From contig JAWKQO010000004.1 in NCBI GenBank assembly GCA_041390105.1, positions 64,158 to 128,157 on the forward strand: 64,000 bases of DNA. The letters are read 5' to 3'. Each line of letters opens with the position of its first letter. The stretch's first letter is position 1. The position numbers and the translations under genes were made by a program. Positions 63,629 through 64,000 of the stretch are shown here, piece after piece. Below the pieces are notes generated by a model. That model saw nothing but the letters and a program-made list of their open reading frames with translations. It ran no database searches and was not told the DNA's origin. The DNA comes from Gemmatimonadota bacterium (lineage in GTDB: Bacteria > Gemmatimonadota > Gemmatimonadetes > Longimicrobiales > Gaopeijiaceae).

Positions 63629-64000
63629 TCAGTCGATCGGGGTCATCCCCACGTACTTGAGCCCCGAGCCGGTGTTGAAGAGCACGACCTCGTCGTCGGG
63701 CGAGATGACCCCCGTCTCCAACAGCCTCGGCACGGCTGCCACCACGGCCCCGCCTTCCGGTGCGGCGAAGACGCCGGTGTCCGCTCCCATCCAGTGCACC
63801 CACTGCTGCATCTCGTGGTCTGGAATCGCCACCGCCGCACCCTTCGACTCGCGGACCGCGCGCAGGATCAAGAAGTCGCCGACGGCCGCGGGCACCCGGA
63901 GTCCAGACGCATAGGTGGCCGCTCCCTCCCACATCCCGGCGTCCTCGACGCCCTTCTCCCAGGCTCGCACGATGGGCGCGCAGCCCGCAGCCTGCACGGA
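63629..64000 (-). CDS. thrC: Threonine synthase, C-terminal part (gene continues beyond the right edge)
   Basis: VQAAGCAPIVRAWEKGVEDAGMWEGAATYASGLRVPAAVGDFLILRAVRESKGAAVAIPDHEM...GVFAAPEGGAVVAAVPRLLETGVISPDDEVVLFNTGSGLKY. Confidence 0.88.
   Translation of the reverse strand, partial: SVQAAGCAPIVRAWEKGVEDAGMWEGAATYASGLRVPAAVGDFLILRAVRESKGAAVAIPDHEMQQWVHWMGADTGVFAAPEGGAVVAAVPRLLETGVISPDDEVVLFNTGSGLKYVGMTPID

Noticed and set aside
1-64000. Prophage, integrative element, defence island or toxin-antitoxin content
   Set aside because: I recognised no integrase, transposase, recombinase, reverse transcriptase, restriction or Cas-like motif in any frame of the ORF track. Apart from the 12969-13677 gap, composition looks uniform.

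Overview
Very GC-rich (about 70% by eye) chromosomal segment, gene-dense on both strands. I support about 43 protein-coding genes. I recognise no rRNA, tRNA, CRISPR array, transposase, integrase or phage gene. The gene content suggests a Gemmatimonadota-like or other FCB-group bacterium: an SprA homologue, many S9 peptidases, CarboxypepD_reg and CBM9/DUF5916-type outer-membrane proteins, and a TonB-dependent receptor. That taxonomic call is inference only.

Layout, left to right:
- PilS/PilR-like two-component pair, flavin reductase, and a LAS/M15-LysM wall peptidase.
- An orphan HerA/FtsK-type ATPase, then sodA, dinB and an HD-GYP regulator.
- A Na+/alanine symporter coupled to a DUF4399 lipoprotein.
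- A secreted protein made of 16-residue repeats.
- A 709-bp hyper-GC gene-free gap.
- pilC-pilT-pilB-comEA-sprA, all on the minus strand, then an LptF/LptG pair.
- A DapF-family gene lacking both catalytic cysteines.
- CBM9/DUF5916 outer-membrane protein, metH and a yitJ-like fusion, a membrane protein plus cytochrome c.
- A minus-strand string fhs / MTHFR-like / pepP / S9 peptidase.
- CarboxypepD_reg protein, TonB-dependent receptor and a second DUF5916 protein.
- DUF72 plus a small secreted protein.
- A translationally coupled GT-C-like membrane protein and sulfatase-fold membrane enzyme.
- Two more S9 peptidases, a class-A beta-lactamase-like lipoprotein, a methyltransferase, and the thrC 3' end.

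Best leads for something undescribed:
1. Two inverted copies of a ~160-bp TIR-bounded GC-rich element in the 12969-13677 gap.
2. The DapF-like protein with Ser at both catalytic Cys positions (27150-28028).
3. The ATGA-coupled GT-C-like and Thr-type sulfatase-fold membrane pair (52404-56455).
4. An SprA (T9SS translocon) homologue co-oriented with ComEA and type IV pilus motor genes, with a sigma54-like promoter upstream of pilB.
5. The 16-residue-repeat secreted protein (11841-12968).
6. Operon-like strings that mix peptidases with folate enzymes.

All family calls come from motif recognition by eye. No database search was run.
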